Shown one piece after another: positions 52,001 through 64,000 of a DNA stretch of 64,000 bases; position 1 is the stretch's first letter, and every line of letters begins with the position of its first letter. The notes below the pieces were generated by a model. It worked only from the letters and a program-made list of their open reading frames with translations, did no database searches and was not told the DNA's origin. This DNA is from Balanoglossus misakiensis (taxonomy: Eukaryota > Animalia > Hemichordata). The DNA is taken from the NCBI GenBank assembly GCA_040954595.2, contig CM082587.2, forward strand, positions 1,765,000 through 1,828,999, given 5' to 3'. Position numbers and translations under genes: made by a program.

Positions 52001-54244
52001 AATCCAACAACTCATTTTCGTTCCATCACTCTGCAATGAAAGCCCCTCTCCCCTCTTCTGTGGTACTTTCCCTTTGAAATGATTCGGGAACCCTGGCAAC
52101 TCTTCAACATGACTTCATACATGTAGAGGAGAACGCCAGTAGAATGGGTGGGGAACCTTGGTGGTAACTTTTACCCTGAGTACTACTGCCCATAACAAAA
52201 CATGCATGTCCAGCCTAGAAAAAGTTACCGAGTCAAAAATTATCTGAACCATGAGTTCTTGCAGCTCAGCACACATAAACCCTGCCAAAGGAGAGCTATA
52301 ACAAACTTACCTGACAGCTGGGGTGGCCTTCAGTACAACATAAACCAGTGTCTAGCAGCACCCTGAGATCCAAGTGGCTGTCACTGCAGCATGGCCCTTC
52401 AAACACAAGCTCCTCTCTCAGATGCAAGGGTGGAAATGAACAGTTGAATTTGAAGTGGTCAACCAATTCATAAAATTCAGCGTGAAAAATGTCCAAGAGC
52501 AGGTGTAGATGTAAACAAAGGGGGTCTGGGAGTAAGGTGTGAAAAGTAAACAAAGAGGGAGATAACTCATGAATATTCGAAGTGGGGTGATAATTACAGT
52601 CCTATGAAACCTGACAGTTATTTGCAATGTGGCAAAAAGCCATGGTCCTGGGTCAAAGGGCAAGTTCAGTAAGACTGATGCATACTCATGTGGTAGCTGT
52701 GGGTTCAGTTATTCAGGAGAGGCCATTTTGCCACGCACAAGAAGTCAATGATGTCTTGTATGACTTGGCATGTTTATGGCAAATGGTCTCAGGATGGTGT
52801 CTATATAAAGCCAGAAAATGCCCTCCATCAATACAAATATAAAATTTCAGTGTTTTCCCCAGAAATTACTGATGAAATATCAACTAATTTGCATGACAAT
52901 ACAACTAATTGTAATGAAATGAGTTTCTATTGTTTTCTCCATATTAAAATGTATTGGCTGATACTGATAACAATTTGGAGTTTCCACATTGTATGTGTAT
53001 GGTGTACTTTGGCTTCAAGCACATTCCCTTGAATTAATGTCAGTGTTTAAAATCAACAACGCTCAACTCTGGAATGTAAAAGAGATTACATTAGATGGAT
53101 AATTGCTTTTGCTAGCTACTGTACAAATTTTCTTCACCCTGGTTAATCCATGTTACTTTTGATGTTTGAATTTAATATGATCTTATAACAATATTTTCAC
53201 AATGTTTATCATTCATAATTTCATATGAAAGTCACTTTAACACGGCTATTTGAGAAAAAGTTAGTGATGTGTCTATACTGATCAACTCCTTATCACAGTT
53301 AATCCCAGTTCCCACGACTTTTTGGAGCCCCTTTGATGCCAAAATGCAGTTTTGGATTTAAGAACAGAGGGTAAAAGGTCAATTAAGGTCACAGTGGGTG
53401 TCTCTGAGTGAGTTTTAAACCCTTCCGCCTGTCCCCTCGGATGCGGATCATTCCTGTTAATCCTGGGTAGTACTTGATGGAGACATCTTGCGTTTGCTCG
53501 TGGCATACCGACATCGTGTTCCAAAGTTTTTCTTCATTCAAGCATACTACAAGCACCACCATATGTGTACCATTGTTTATGCCGGCTTGTTTAATGATGA
53601 TGACTGGGCATGTAGCTATGCCCCTTCACTGCCCACATGTCTGCATAGCTTTGTGTTTGTGCATGTGAAAAGCAGCCCATTGGCTTTGTCTGTTTGTTTA
53701 TCACCTTGTGTGGCTTCCACATATATTGTCAGAAACACCATTCTTGTCCAAGGTTAAGTGCGTGGGGAAATCGGCGAGACGCCGATGCCAATACTCACCG
53801 TCTGTGCTGGCGTTTGTTTGATTGATGGTGTTGTACAAACCTGCAGCTATATTAAAATATAGTTGTGATGATGTGGAGTTTTCTACAAAATGTATGCTAC
53901 TCGTGGTAGATTCTCAAAAAGAAGTATCAAGCAAATAATTCACGTTCAATCACTTCGTCATCCAGACTGGGTGCACTTGTTGTCTGTGTCTATTGTATTA
54001 CCGGCATGTGAATGGCTGTGGAACCACCAATAAAGCTGTTCCGTCAAGGTTGTCTGGGTCCACAGTGACCATGTCTTACTCTGAGGCAAACTGAAATTTA
54101 TTGGAGTGTTGAAGAAATTTAAGCGAGGCCTGATTGACCGGTTGAGGTTGTTACAGATACCCAGGAAACCAATTGTTGTGCTCTCAACTCAAGCAGACAT
54201 GGGTGCTGCCACATGCCTGTTTATAACTCTCCCCGTACCGAGCT

Positions 54245-54346
54245 GCAATAACTGTAGCAGTGGGTCGGTCGCTGTTTTCACTTTCTGAATTGGTCGCGGA
54301 TATATCCAGAAAGCGAAAAACAGCAACCCACTAGTACAGTTATTGC
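54245..54346. repeat. ~100-nt imperfect inverted repeat (hairpin; palindromic MITE remnant or pri-miRNA-like)
   Basis: Arms GCAATAACTGTA/TACAGTTATTGC, AGTGGGT/ACCCACT, GCTGTTTT/AAAACAGC, CTTTCTG/CAGAAAG. Confidence 0.75.
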
Positions 54347-57300
54347 TGCTATCCCAGTGTACCCAGACATTTGCCTACTCCACTTCCTCGGATATTCACA
54401 AAACATTCCTCTTTCTGAAGGGATAACATTCTGAGGATGCTTTTCAAGGAAGGCAGGTCCTCAGCCGGTGCACAAGGTGTATTTTACAAAATAAAAGAAA
54501 GATCGACAATAGCGGGGGAAAGGTTGGTCATGGTTCGCCTGCCTAATAGTCTCCATGGCAGCAAGGGTAACCCGATCAGCTGTCCTCAGAAACCGTGGCG
54601 ATACAATGCAAACAAACCATAGCCTCTCAGGTCTCTCTTAAATTGAACCGGACATGCCTAGTTTGTTTTTCTTGTTAACCTGGAACTATTTTCAGTGTCC
54701 TGGCCTGCGGGGCCAGTTACAAACAAATACTGGAAACTGCAATAATAAACAACTGATCTTGGATTCCTACTGAAATATTATTTTTCGCCTGAAATGAACT
54801 GTTAAATTTGTTTGAGGTATGTAGAGATGGTGCTGCTAATGTGGTAGGATCACCATATCAAGTTCATACACACATTAGCACCATACACCTGCTGGCCAAT
54901 GGAAACAGCTGCTGTATATGAACTCTATCATTCAAGCACTGCTTCAGGCCTGCCATTTCAGCTGGTGTGGGACTGACTATAAACTTTAAGTTCCTACATG
55001 ACACATTGTGGAAATAATTTGCTTCAGGTGTGCCTATAAATTGTTGACAAATCAACCTTACAGTGCATACTGCTGCAATCTTTGCTATGCTACTCTTACA
55101 TCATGTCAGTTTCAGTGCATAATTTTCTTACAAAATGAACACCAAAATGTAATTTCACACAGGGCTGACATCAACTGTCTGATGTGAACCCTAGCTAATA
55201 CTGACTCGTAACCAAATAATGATACACAGCCTGAAGCAGACCAGATGTGTGAGATTTTAAAAAAAAGCAACCAGAAGATAACAGAGGCTTTGTAAAGAAT
55301 GAAACTTAAATTTGAAGAAGTTAATGGTGTAAATTATATGATGTAGATCAGTGGATTACAGTCATTACTGAGTGGATGGATGCCCTATTCCCTGATGTCT
55401 AGCTTATCTATTGACTCTGCAACTCTAACAAAAAAAGACAAGGATTCTGAGCGTGTATCGCATGTGATTTATAACACGTCCAATTTCTCTAGTCATTAAC
55501 AGGCCAGACTCATCTAAACCCCTGAAAGTAATTTGAAGGTTTTGTGACTTTACAACCGTCCCTCATGGAAACTGAATGATGAACATATGCCTGGACCAAT
55601 CTAAAGTAGTGGCAATTACTTGGGAATGTCTTAGAAAATCACAGCCTCAGTCACGTTTTCCTTTGTGTAACTACTTCAAGATGTCTGCACAGTGTTACAA
55701 AGAAATATCGCAGCTTTTGCCTGCGCATAATCTATTGGCGGATTCATTCACTTTGAACATTTGAACGGTTTGATCAGAGTGGAGATGATTCCCCATTCCC
55801 CCCTGTATGTGACCTAATTGTGTCTTTTTTTGCTCTGTGTTTTTGTCGTAGTTGACATATTTTCATCTGTGGTCTTATCATTGGCATGTTGTCAGAACCT
55901 CCACAAAATCCAAGTTCCAAAGTCAATGCCCTCTGAAGCATTGTTTTAGTACCTGCTGATTATCGCTCTCTGAATCTCATTTGTCAAGGACTGTGTAGCC
56001 ATACGGAATTAACTTGTCCTCTCTGTTTTTATTAATGAAATGGTCCTCACCGTCGATAATGCTTTTTAGGAAATGCCTTCCGAGACCAAATTAACATGTC
56101 AAGTTTTCTGGAAAGGAAAAAAAATGACATGTCAGTACACACGCACAGCGACCGAACACAGCGGTCTTACATCACTAAGACAGGACAGATTTGGTTAATT
56201 ATTCAAATTGTTAGCTGGCAGGCACACAGAGAGATCCATTTATTTGCGACTGCGTTTTGCTTTGATTTTTTGCTGATTGTTTCCTGTTGCTGGCAGAGGT
56301 CACTAATGGGTTGCATGTTGTGTGTATTAGTAATTGTTTGGAATATTGTAACCAATTGCATTTAGGAGAGCCCAAGCTCATAAGTAAATGTGCGCAAATA
56401 TACACTGAGCGTGTAGATGGAATCCATTAGTCGGCCAGGACCGAGGAGACAGAGAGTGACTGATTGTCACCCGATGGACAGTTCTCTGAGAGGGCAGATG
56501 CAGAGATACATCAAATGTCTGGCGATGGGGTTCTGTCGTAAGATGGTTTCTCCGACACACACATAGCCAGTGCTGCTGTCTTCCTCTTCTTGGGGAAAAC
56601 TGAGAAATATTCCCGGTGTGAAGGACATTGGGATGTGACTCGTGTTTATCTCCTCATCAAGTGTCTAATATCAACCAGGCTATTAGAGTAAAGTAACTCA
56701 ATGTGGGGGGCTTGTCTCGTGTCCCTGGGGGATAATTTAGACCATTTGGAAGAAAAACCAACAGGTCCAAAGAGGTGCCACAGAGGCTGCCCTCTATCTG
56801 TCCCATAACTGTCTGGTATCACTGCTTTCCCATAGCTCAGGAACGGGAGTTTTTTGTCTTCGCTGAAAACTAAACATATCGGTCCTCTGTAATCTTGTCA
56901 TGGGCAATTTACTCTGAGAAAACAGCTGAGGGTGTTTGGGGCTTTGTGAAAACTGCTTATTTGTTTCGTCTGTGTGTGTGTGGAGGGGGGGGGGATCATG
57001 CCTATTCATAGTGAATGGCAGCGCTGTGGGGGAAAAAAGGGCCCGCAGGATTTGCAGAAGTTTAGAAAAGTCTCAGAAATAAAGCGAAGATTTCCTGTAA
57101 AAGCTGAAAGAGTGATCTGAATAGACTCATTGTTGAACTGAGACTTGTGGGCATTGCTTTAACTGTGGTGTAATATCTCTGACTGACTGAGTGAACTTAA
57201 AAAAGTAAATAGTTGATATACGAACAAAATAATATCCATAATATCCATCCGTGCCAACAACTGCTCTATCAAGACACGTGAAAAATAAAGATACATGTAG

Positions 57301-60300
57301 AAGAACTAAATCAGGACACATATGATTTCACAGAACGTGTTTCTCTTGATTAAACAAATGAGGATACATGATTGATTTACATGTTGTTCTACAATATCAC
57401 AAAGTGTGAGAAAATCTTGTCACAGAAAACGTGTTTACGAGTATTAATTTTCGCATGAGCTGCCGGGTTTCACTCTGATGTATCAATTTACAAACACTTC
57501 AATATGTATCAAGTTATCAAACTGTATTTCGCTGACACCGTTTTCTTATAATAAAATTCTGATGTAAGTGTGTGTTACAGTTCTGTGAAAATAGGACCAT
57601 GAGTTATGAACAGATGTTTCGATGTGTGAACTGCCATGTGTGAAACAAGTAGTCCAGTCTTACGCTTGGGAACATTAGACCTGGTATAGTATATGTAAGT
57701 TCTATGAAGTGATACTGGGAAACAGGTTTTAGACTTTAAAATCTCTTTTAAGGCAAAGTTCACCATGAAAAGAAGATATCGCCACCATTTGGATTTAAGC
57801 ACATTACACCCACACACCAATCCCAACTTGGTATGCACATCTGGAAAGGATTAGGAGTAGAAGTTTGTCGAATATTAATAAAACCATTTGCTTATCACCA
57901 CAACTGATTGGTCAGAATTTTCAGGTCAGGTTCTTTCCAATCTTTCATTCCTCGATTAGATTGTCTCGTAACTCCTATTTTTTCATCAAAACATATTTTG
58001 ACACTGACTCCAATCAAATTAGTTGATGGAATGAAAGGGTCTCCCATTACCCTGTCAAAGAGGGTTGTAATTGTGACTGACAGCTACTTAGTGTAAATAC
58101 TTTGGTGGATTTTTCAGTTGTGGGTGGAAACAGGTCTTTCTGTCTGCCGGCAGTCTGCTTTGAAGCAAAGCCCTATCTTCTATCTACTTAAATCCGGTGT
58201 TTTCACAATCTTTTGTATCCTCTTTATTTTATCTCACTACCTGTTTAGCCGGCGAAGGCCCTCGCCAACAGATCTATTCATTTGAACTCTGAGAGAGAAA
58301 AGGTTTTCATTTAGAACACTTGGGAGCATGGCAGCCGGTCGGCGCGAAGCTCTTTGTGGCGAATGAATGTGACCCATTTAACCATTGTTGTGAAATCATG
58401 CTGGTGCATACAGAGGATCTGATAGCAAGATGGATAGTCGGACAGTTAAAGAGGGGGAAACCTTCCTACCAATTTAATTTAGAAAGCTTCCCAGTACCAG
58501 ACTCTGTTGATTTAGCTGAAACTGGGAATTGGTGATATTAAACCTATTGAAGTAGTGTTATAAAAAGAAAAGTCTGAAGAAAATAGCCTCGGGTTAATGC
58601 ATTGGGTTGGTGCACTCTGATATCAGTCACTCTTTTCATCTCGTATTCATTGAAATCTAACATCTTTATTCTCCTTTTCCGTTGAATCAAAATGAAAGGT
58701 ATCTCAAATGGATCAACTTTAGCTGGCAGTGTTTTCATATTCACTGATCTGACCTCTCTTAAATAATTGTTTGTGCAGTGTGCTTCCAAATTTCCATTTG
58801 TGCAGTTTCTATTGGAAAACCATTATTTCGCCCGCTTGAAATAACTTGAATAGACCAAATTACAGAAGTGCCACTTATACGCTGGAAGCCAAATGTGACT
58901 TTTATACTGATGCATCAAGGCTGGGATAGGCTCCACCACTTTAAAAGGGGTACAACTGCCTACATATGCGCAAGTTTACCCATAGCGTAATAATACAATG
59001 GCAAATTGAGATCTACAGAAAGCCAATCACAGATTTTCATTTGGGTGGCCACATGAAATAGTGTGACACCACATAGTCATTAGAAGACTTTGACATCCTT
59101 TTATCGTATGAGCATAAAATAGATTTTCTTCTTTTAATATTGCGTATCATTGCAGAGTACTTAATATGTATTCTGGAATCTGTTGTCTCCATCTGCGCAA
59201 GGAAACCCCACAAGTGCTAATACTTTACTGTCCCCAGCAACCGCCTGAACTGCCATTTCCAATGTTACAGCTGTTTTAATAGGATCTTATCTTTGGCTGT
59301 GATCAGCATGTTAGACAGAACAAATATTGAAATGTAAGTTTAGTCTTTCAAGGTCTGTCACCAATAGAATGGCTGTCCAAATAAAGTCTTGGTGGTGGTT
59401 CTCCTGAGGGGTAAACATATAGTGCTACTGTTTGTGTTTCTAAATTCTTCAAAAAACATAGTATTTTTGAGGAAATCCCTCCATAACTTTTAATTAGATG
59501 TTGTACGTGTACACAACAACGTTAAACTTAAATTAACATCATGTACTTTTAATGTAATCAACAACTTAACTGGCGGCTGACAAGATAGCAATGACAAGAG
59601 AGAAAAAGCTAACTACAGAAACAGGCATTGTTGATCAATTTTAGATCACGCCATGCATGTCCATCATGGGGACAGCAAATGGTGTATAACTCAAATCCAT
59701 CCCCATTCAAGATGTCAGAATCCTTTCCACGGCAAACTTAAGATGTTTAAATGTAAGCATTGATAAAGCATGAAAATAAATTGTGTTAAATGAATGGCTG
59801 CTTCAGTGGGTTTTACAGCTTGGGGCTTCATTTACGTTCATAATGCACCCAATCAGTGTGTGTTTTCTCCATGATTTTTCCCGGCCCGTGATTGATTTCT
59901 GGCCCCTCAGGATTTGATTAAAAGTGGAAGCAGGCAATTTAGTGCTAAATAAGAAATCCGATGATTGTTCAGGGAGCTGGCCGTACAGTTACCACCTTTA
60001 TGCACAGATGAACAGATTCTCAACTTCACAGAGTGTTCTGTCCTCAGAGGGATTTTCTCTGAGTCGGAGCGCGAGCAAACAAGTCTGGCATTGCTCGTCT
60101 TGAATGTCCAATTTTGTAGAGTGTATGTGGGTGGGAATATGGATAGATGCTTCCTCTTTCCTACAAATGCAAAACTGGTACAGGATATTGTCCTCTATGT
60201 GTCAAAAGTGTGTCTTTATATTTCAAAGCACTTGCTGGGAATCTCAGTTGATCGAACTTTGCATCACTTTCTTGTTCGGGATAATGAATCAGTTTAGGAT

Positions 60301-63300
60301 CAAAACCTTACTGTTTCAGTCCATTCTTTTGAACTTTGAAATTTCCAATCTGTAAATTAATTAATTACATGCCAGCCAAGAAGCTAAGCTGGCATCTTAC
60401 TCAGTAAACATGTATTCAATTAAGGATGCCAGCCACACACAGGCTATCGTCTATTGGCTGGTGACATTTTACTTGCCTTGAGATGTTTTGTCTGGTAAAA
60501 AAAACAAGGAATGTTGTCAACGATGTGGTGGTGAGTTAATAGAATGGTATAAAAGGCTCTGTAAATATTACCGTCCTCTCTGCGGACAAGCACACTTTGC
60601 CACCTTTCTGTCTGAGCTGTTGACACGAGCGTGTACCTGGGTGATATTTCAACAGAGGATTTATTTTACGAAACCTGTTTTTAGGTGCGTTTTCAGGGTC
60701 CAAGTCAGAGTAAATATTTACCATGCTATTGAGTATCAGGTCTACAGATTGTGATCCATCATGTCGAGTTGTCAAGTGTGACCCAGGTCAGGGTGGATGT
60801 TTTTATGTACTTTAAACTGTACAGATATTTTTAACTGATTTAGCACTAGTTGGGGTGCTGTTTTAATGTATTTTGTAAGCCATTTACAAAATGTAAACTA
60901 AACTTCATTACAGCAATGGATTGCCAGTCGGACAGGATGAGAGATTATTCCTGTCACTCATTGTGTGCGCATATACGATAGGCTGTGTTGATCAATGAAT
61001 CAAGGTGCAGTTTGTATCAATGGTGCCATGTCCGCTTGACAATGCTAAGTACGCCAGCTCATAATTTAAAGTCCCGTTATCTCCTAATTTAGAGTTGGTG
61101 ATCTCATAACTCAAGTGTGCTATCTCCTAATTCCTTAAAATCTGAGCAGAGGACAACATAACAATTTGATTAACATGACTGTTGAGACAGAAGCGATGTT
61201 TGTATCTCATATTTCTTCATGACTTATACGGGCACATAATTTTGTTACGTAGATGCCAGATCCCAATTAACGCACAATTTGACATTTTCAAACAATGAAG
61301 AATTATTAATGAACAACGGACAACATATTCCTGAACCCTGCGATAACTTTAAAACTTTGGCCAACAGCTGGCCAAAGTACTGCCAGAGTAGACGCGTACA
61401 TATAAATGTGACCACGGTCACACTAATGCAGACATCCCAAGTGAAGTACCCATGCTTTACTTGAAACAACACATTAGTGTGTTCGAATGGGTCATAACAC
61501 ATCGTTCTGTGACAGCTGGCCCATTCCACAGTTCAATCGTGTCTCAGGCAAACACACAAGCCGAGAATTGTGTGTTTGCTGTTCATGCCTTTGCCACCTT
61601 TCGCACTTGTTTGGAGAGCGAAAGGTAATTTCCCGGTAATTGTTTGACACCTCCAGGAATGAAACAACACAGGAAAAAGAAGGACACGCGAGTTTGCTGA
61701 ACATGACACTGAAATAATGATTCCGGCAACTGACATTTAGCTACGGCATGCCGCTCGTCAAATGTGGAGTGCAGGGTTGAAGGGGTCAGAGTGTGAATTA
61801 AGGGTCGTACAATAAACATCAAGCTGTCAGCGGAGATGCCTTGTATTTAGTCGCCAGCTGGGTGTCTACAGATCTTTAGGAAACAAGTGTTTCTTCCTGT
61901 AGCCTGCAGAAGTTCCTGTTGAATTATAGTTGCCCAGGTCATGGATAAAGATAATTTGAAAATTGATGATGAAAATAAATTTATAGTAGAAATTTAATTG
62001 GTCTATTATACAGAAATGGACAATTTTGATCAGGGCATGGTTAATGATGTTGGTGGCACATGATTGCTCTTGTATCTAGGTGGAGATACTGTGTCACACA
62101 GAAGGTGGATTGGATTCAATTACTGCATTGTCCTCTCACTGATCAATACACCAAGTAGATTTTAATTATTTATGGTGTTTGTTGTCATTTTGTCAAATAG
62201 GAATTAGATTGCAGTATTATTTCGGTTGAAGGGTTTCATTGGAATTTGCCAGTGGGAATGTATTACAGATACAGTGACTTCGATTTGCTCCACTTTTGGT
62301 GATGGTAATCAACCATGATCTGTTTAATCTTTCATTGGGAAATAATGAACTCTAAAGAAAATCGTTGAGTCAAATAAAAAATGCAATGTTTCTTTTGAGA
62401 CAACCGCCTGTATCCGCGAGGCCAAAGGTCATAAACAACGCCCTCTTCAGAGAACGTAAAAACTGGTTGTGGTAGCATGTGTTTTGAGGTTTATCAGTAG
62501 CGCGCTATGGCCTATGCGATCAACTCGATCAGTGTTTCAACCATGCTGTCAAACATAGTCATTCCTAAGTGGTGTTGGGTCAGCAGAAAGCATAAAAAAT
62601 TCCCCATATGCTGCCAAGCAGCTGTAAGCGACGACAGTATCTGTTTTCACAATTGCAGACGTTGCAGTTGCATTAATAATAGCGTGGGCACAGATATTGA
62701 CTGTCTTCTCTGAATTTTTTATCTTGAATATAAACACTCAGAAATCATTTATTGTGGTGTATCCCCTTTCACACTGTCCCAGAGTTTCAGTCCAAGTAAG
62801 GTTTCAACCACAAAATGCACGAACTATTAAAAATAGAAGACTTGCCTCTGGGACAAGGGTATCATTATAAAAAGTTTCCCTGAACACTTGCACCACCATG
62901 TTAGTGAAGTCAGCACACAACTTTGAATAGCTGAGTAATCCTCTTGCACAAATCTTGTTGGTTGTATTGTGCGGTCTAACTATCCCTTTAGGGTCTTTGC
63001 CCGCTCTCACTAGACTTCTCCAGTTCTGTACATCTGTCTGTGCGCTGCCATCTCTGTACATTGAGCAACAGATCCCCCAGTCTAATCTCAGACCCCCTCC
63101 GGGAGTCCGGTTACCCCCCTCTCAACTATTCAGATATCTCACTTTTAAGCTTAGACATAAGTGTAACACTCATTTTCCCTTCAGATCCTTCTTTATCAAC
63201 TTCAACCGTGGGTCACTGCCACAGGGGCTTTTGAAATAGAACTCTTGTGCTGACCAAACAGACCCTGTTCTCAGTGACAGTTGGCACAAAACACGGGCAG

Positions 63301-63363
63301 ATACTCGACTAATTAACTAGCAGAATACTGGACACTTGAACATGCCTGGGGAGCACAGTTATA

Positions 63364-63541
63364 CAGTAAAACCTGTCTAAACCGAACACCAAAGGGACTG
63401 AAGAAAGTGTTCTAGGTGCAGAGGTGTCTGGTTTATAGAGGTTCTTTTAACATGTAGTTCTATGTGAAAGGGACCAGAAAAGGTGTTCGGTATAGATAGG
63501 TTTCCAGATTAGACAGGGTTTGGTTTAGACAGGTTTTACTG
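63364..63541. mobile_element. 178-bp MITE, Tc1/mariner-pogo/Tigger type
   Basis: Perfect 20-bp TIRs CAGTAAAACCTGTCTAAACC / GGTTTAGACAGGTTTTACTG, flanked by TA on both sides, with internal subterminal repeats. Confidence 0.88.
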
Positions 63542-64000
63542 TAATATGTATCAATAATACTTTAAAAATAACCAAAGGTTATTTACTGTCACTTACATGT
63601 TGACCAATAAGTACAACTGTGTATGCTGTACAGTATGAATTGTGGTGAACACCTGCATTTGTATTCAGAGCCAACGTAAATACGAGTATTGTCTAATGTG
63701 AACCCTGTTTATATACATGTATCTTCTCAACCATGACCATGGGCACAACGTGTTAACTGTCTTGTAATAGCCCTGAGCAAATAAACACTATTTCTACTTG
63801 CACCAGTTGAACTGAATCAACACTCTAGTGACCAAGCTCTGAACAGTAACTCCTCATCACTATGCAGAGAACATAAAACAGACAGTCAGTCAACTGCTTC
63901 AAAAACAGTATCCGCAGTACCTTATGCAAACCAAATTTGGCGAGTATATTTCCTGCAGAATTCCAAAATAACAACTCTATATGTATTTTGCGTAAACTGA

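Noticed and set aside
44987-64000. 60-116 aa ORFs in the last 19 kb
   Set aside because: No homology, random composition and overlapping on both strands; consistent with a large first intron.

Overview
Eukaryotic, AT-rich, intron-rich animal genomic DNA. Gene style suggests an invertebrate deuterostome such as a hemichordate; this is inference. Gene order: (+) a 20-exon ATP-citrate-lyase (ACLY)-like gene at 734-6595; (+) NELFE; (-) PKN/PRK kinase; (+) HMCES; (-) DROSHA; (-) an intronless 999-aa TRIM-NHL gene; (+) coding exon 1 of HS2ST1, whose first intron appears to fill the last ~19 kb. The main surprise is the ACLY-like gene. It has an intact spliced ORF of ~800 aa with the ATP-grasp motifs and the phospho-His retained. 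It stops where the citryl-CoA-lyase (citrate-synthase-homology) domain should begin, and its citrate- and CoA-binding residues are rewritten: a P-loop-like GPVGSGKG replaces SIANFT, and an SCS-like PPP replaces SLR. This points to a neofunctionalised ligase or phosphotransferase rather than an ACLY. Also found: a 15-nt microexon in PKN with SRRM3/4-type architecture, proto-MHC-like synteny, a GC-AG intron, a TA-flanked MITE and a long intronic hairpin. Exon coordinates were read by hand, and human reference residues are from memory of the families, so both should be verified by alignment.
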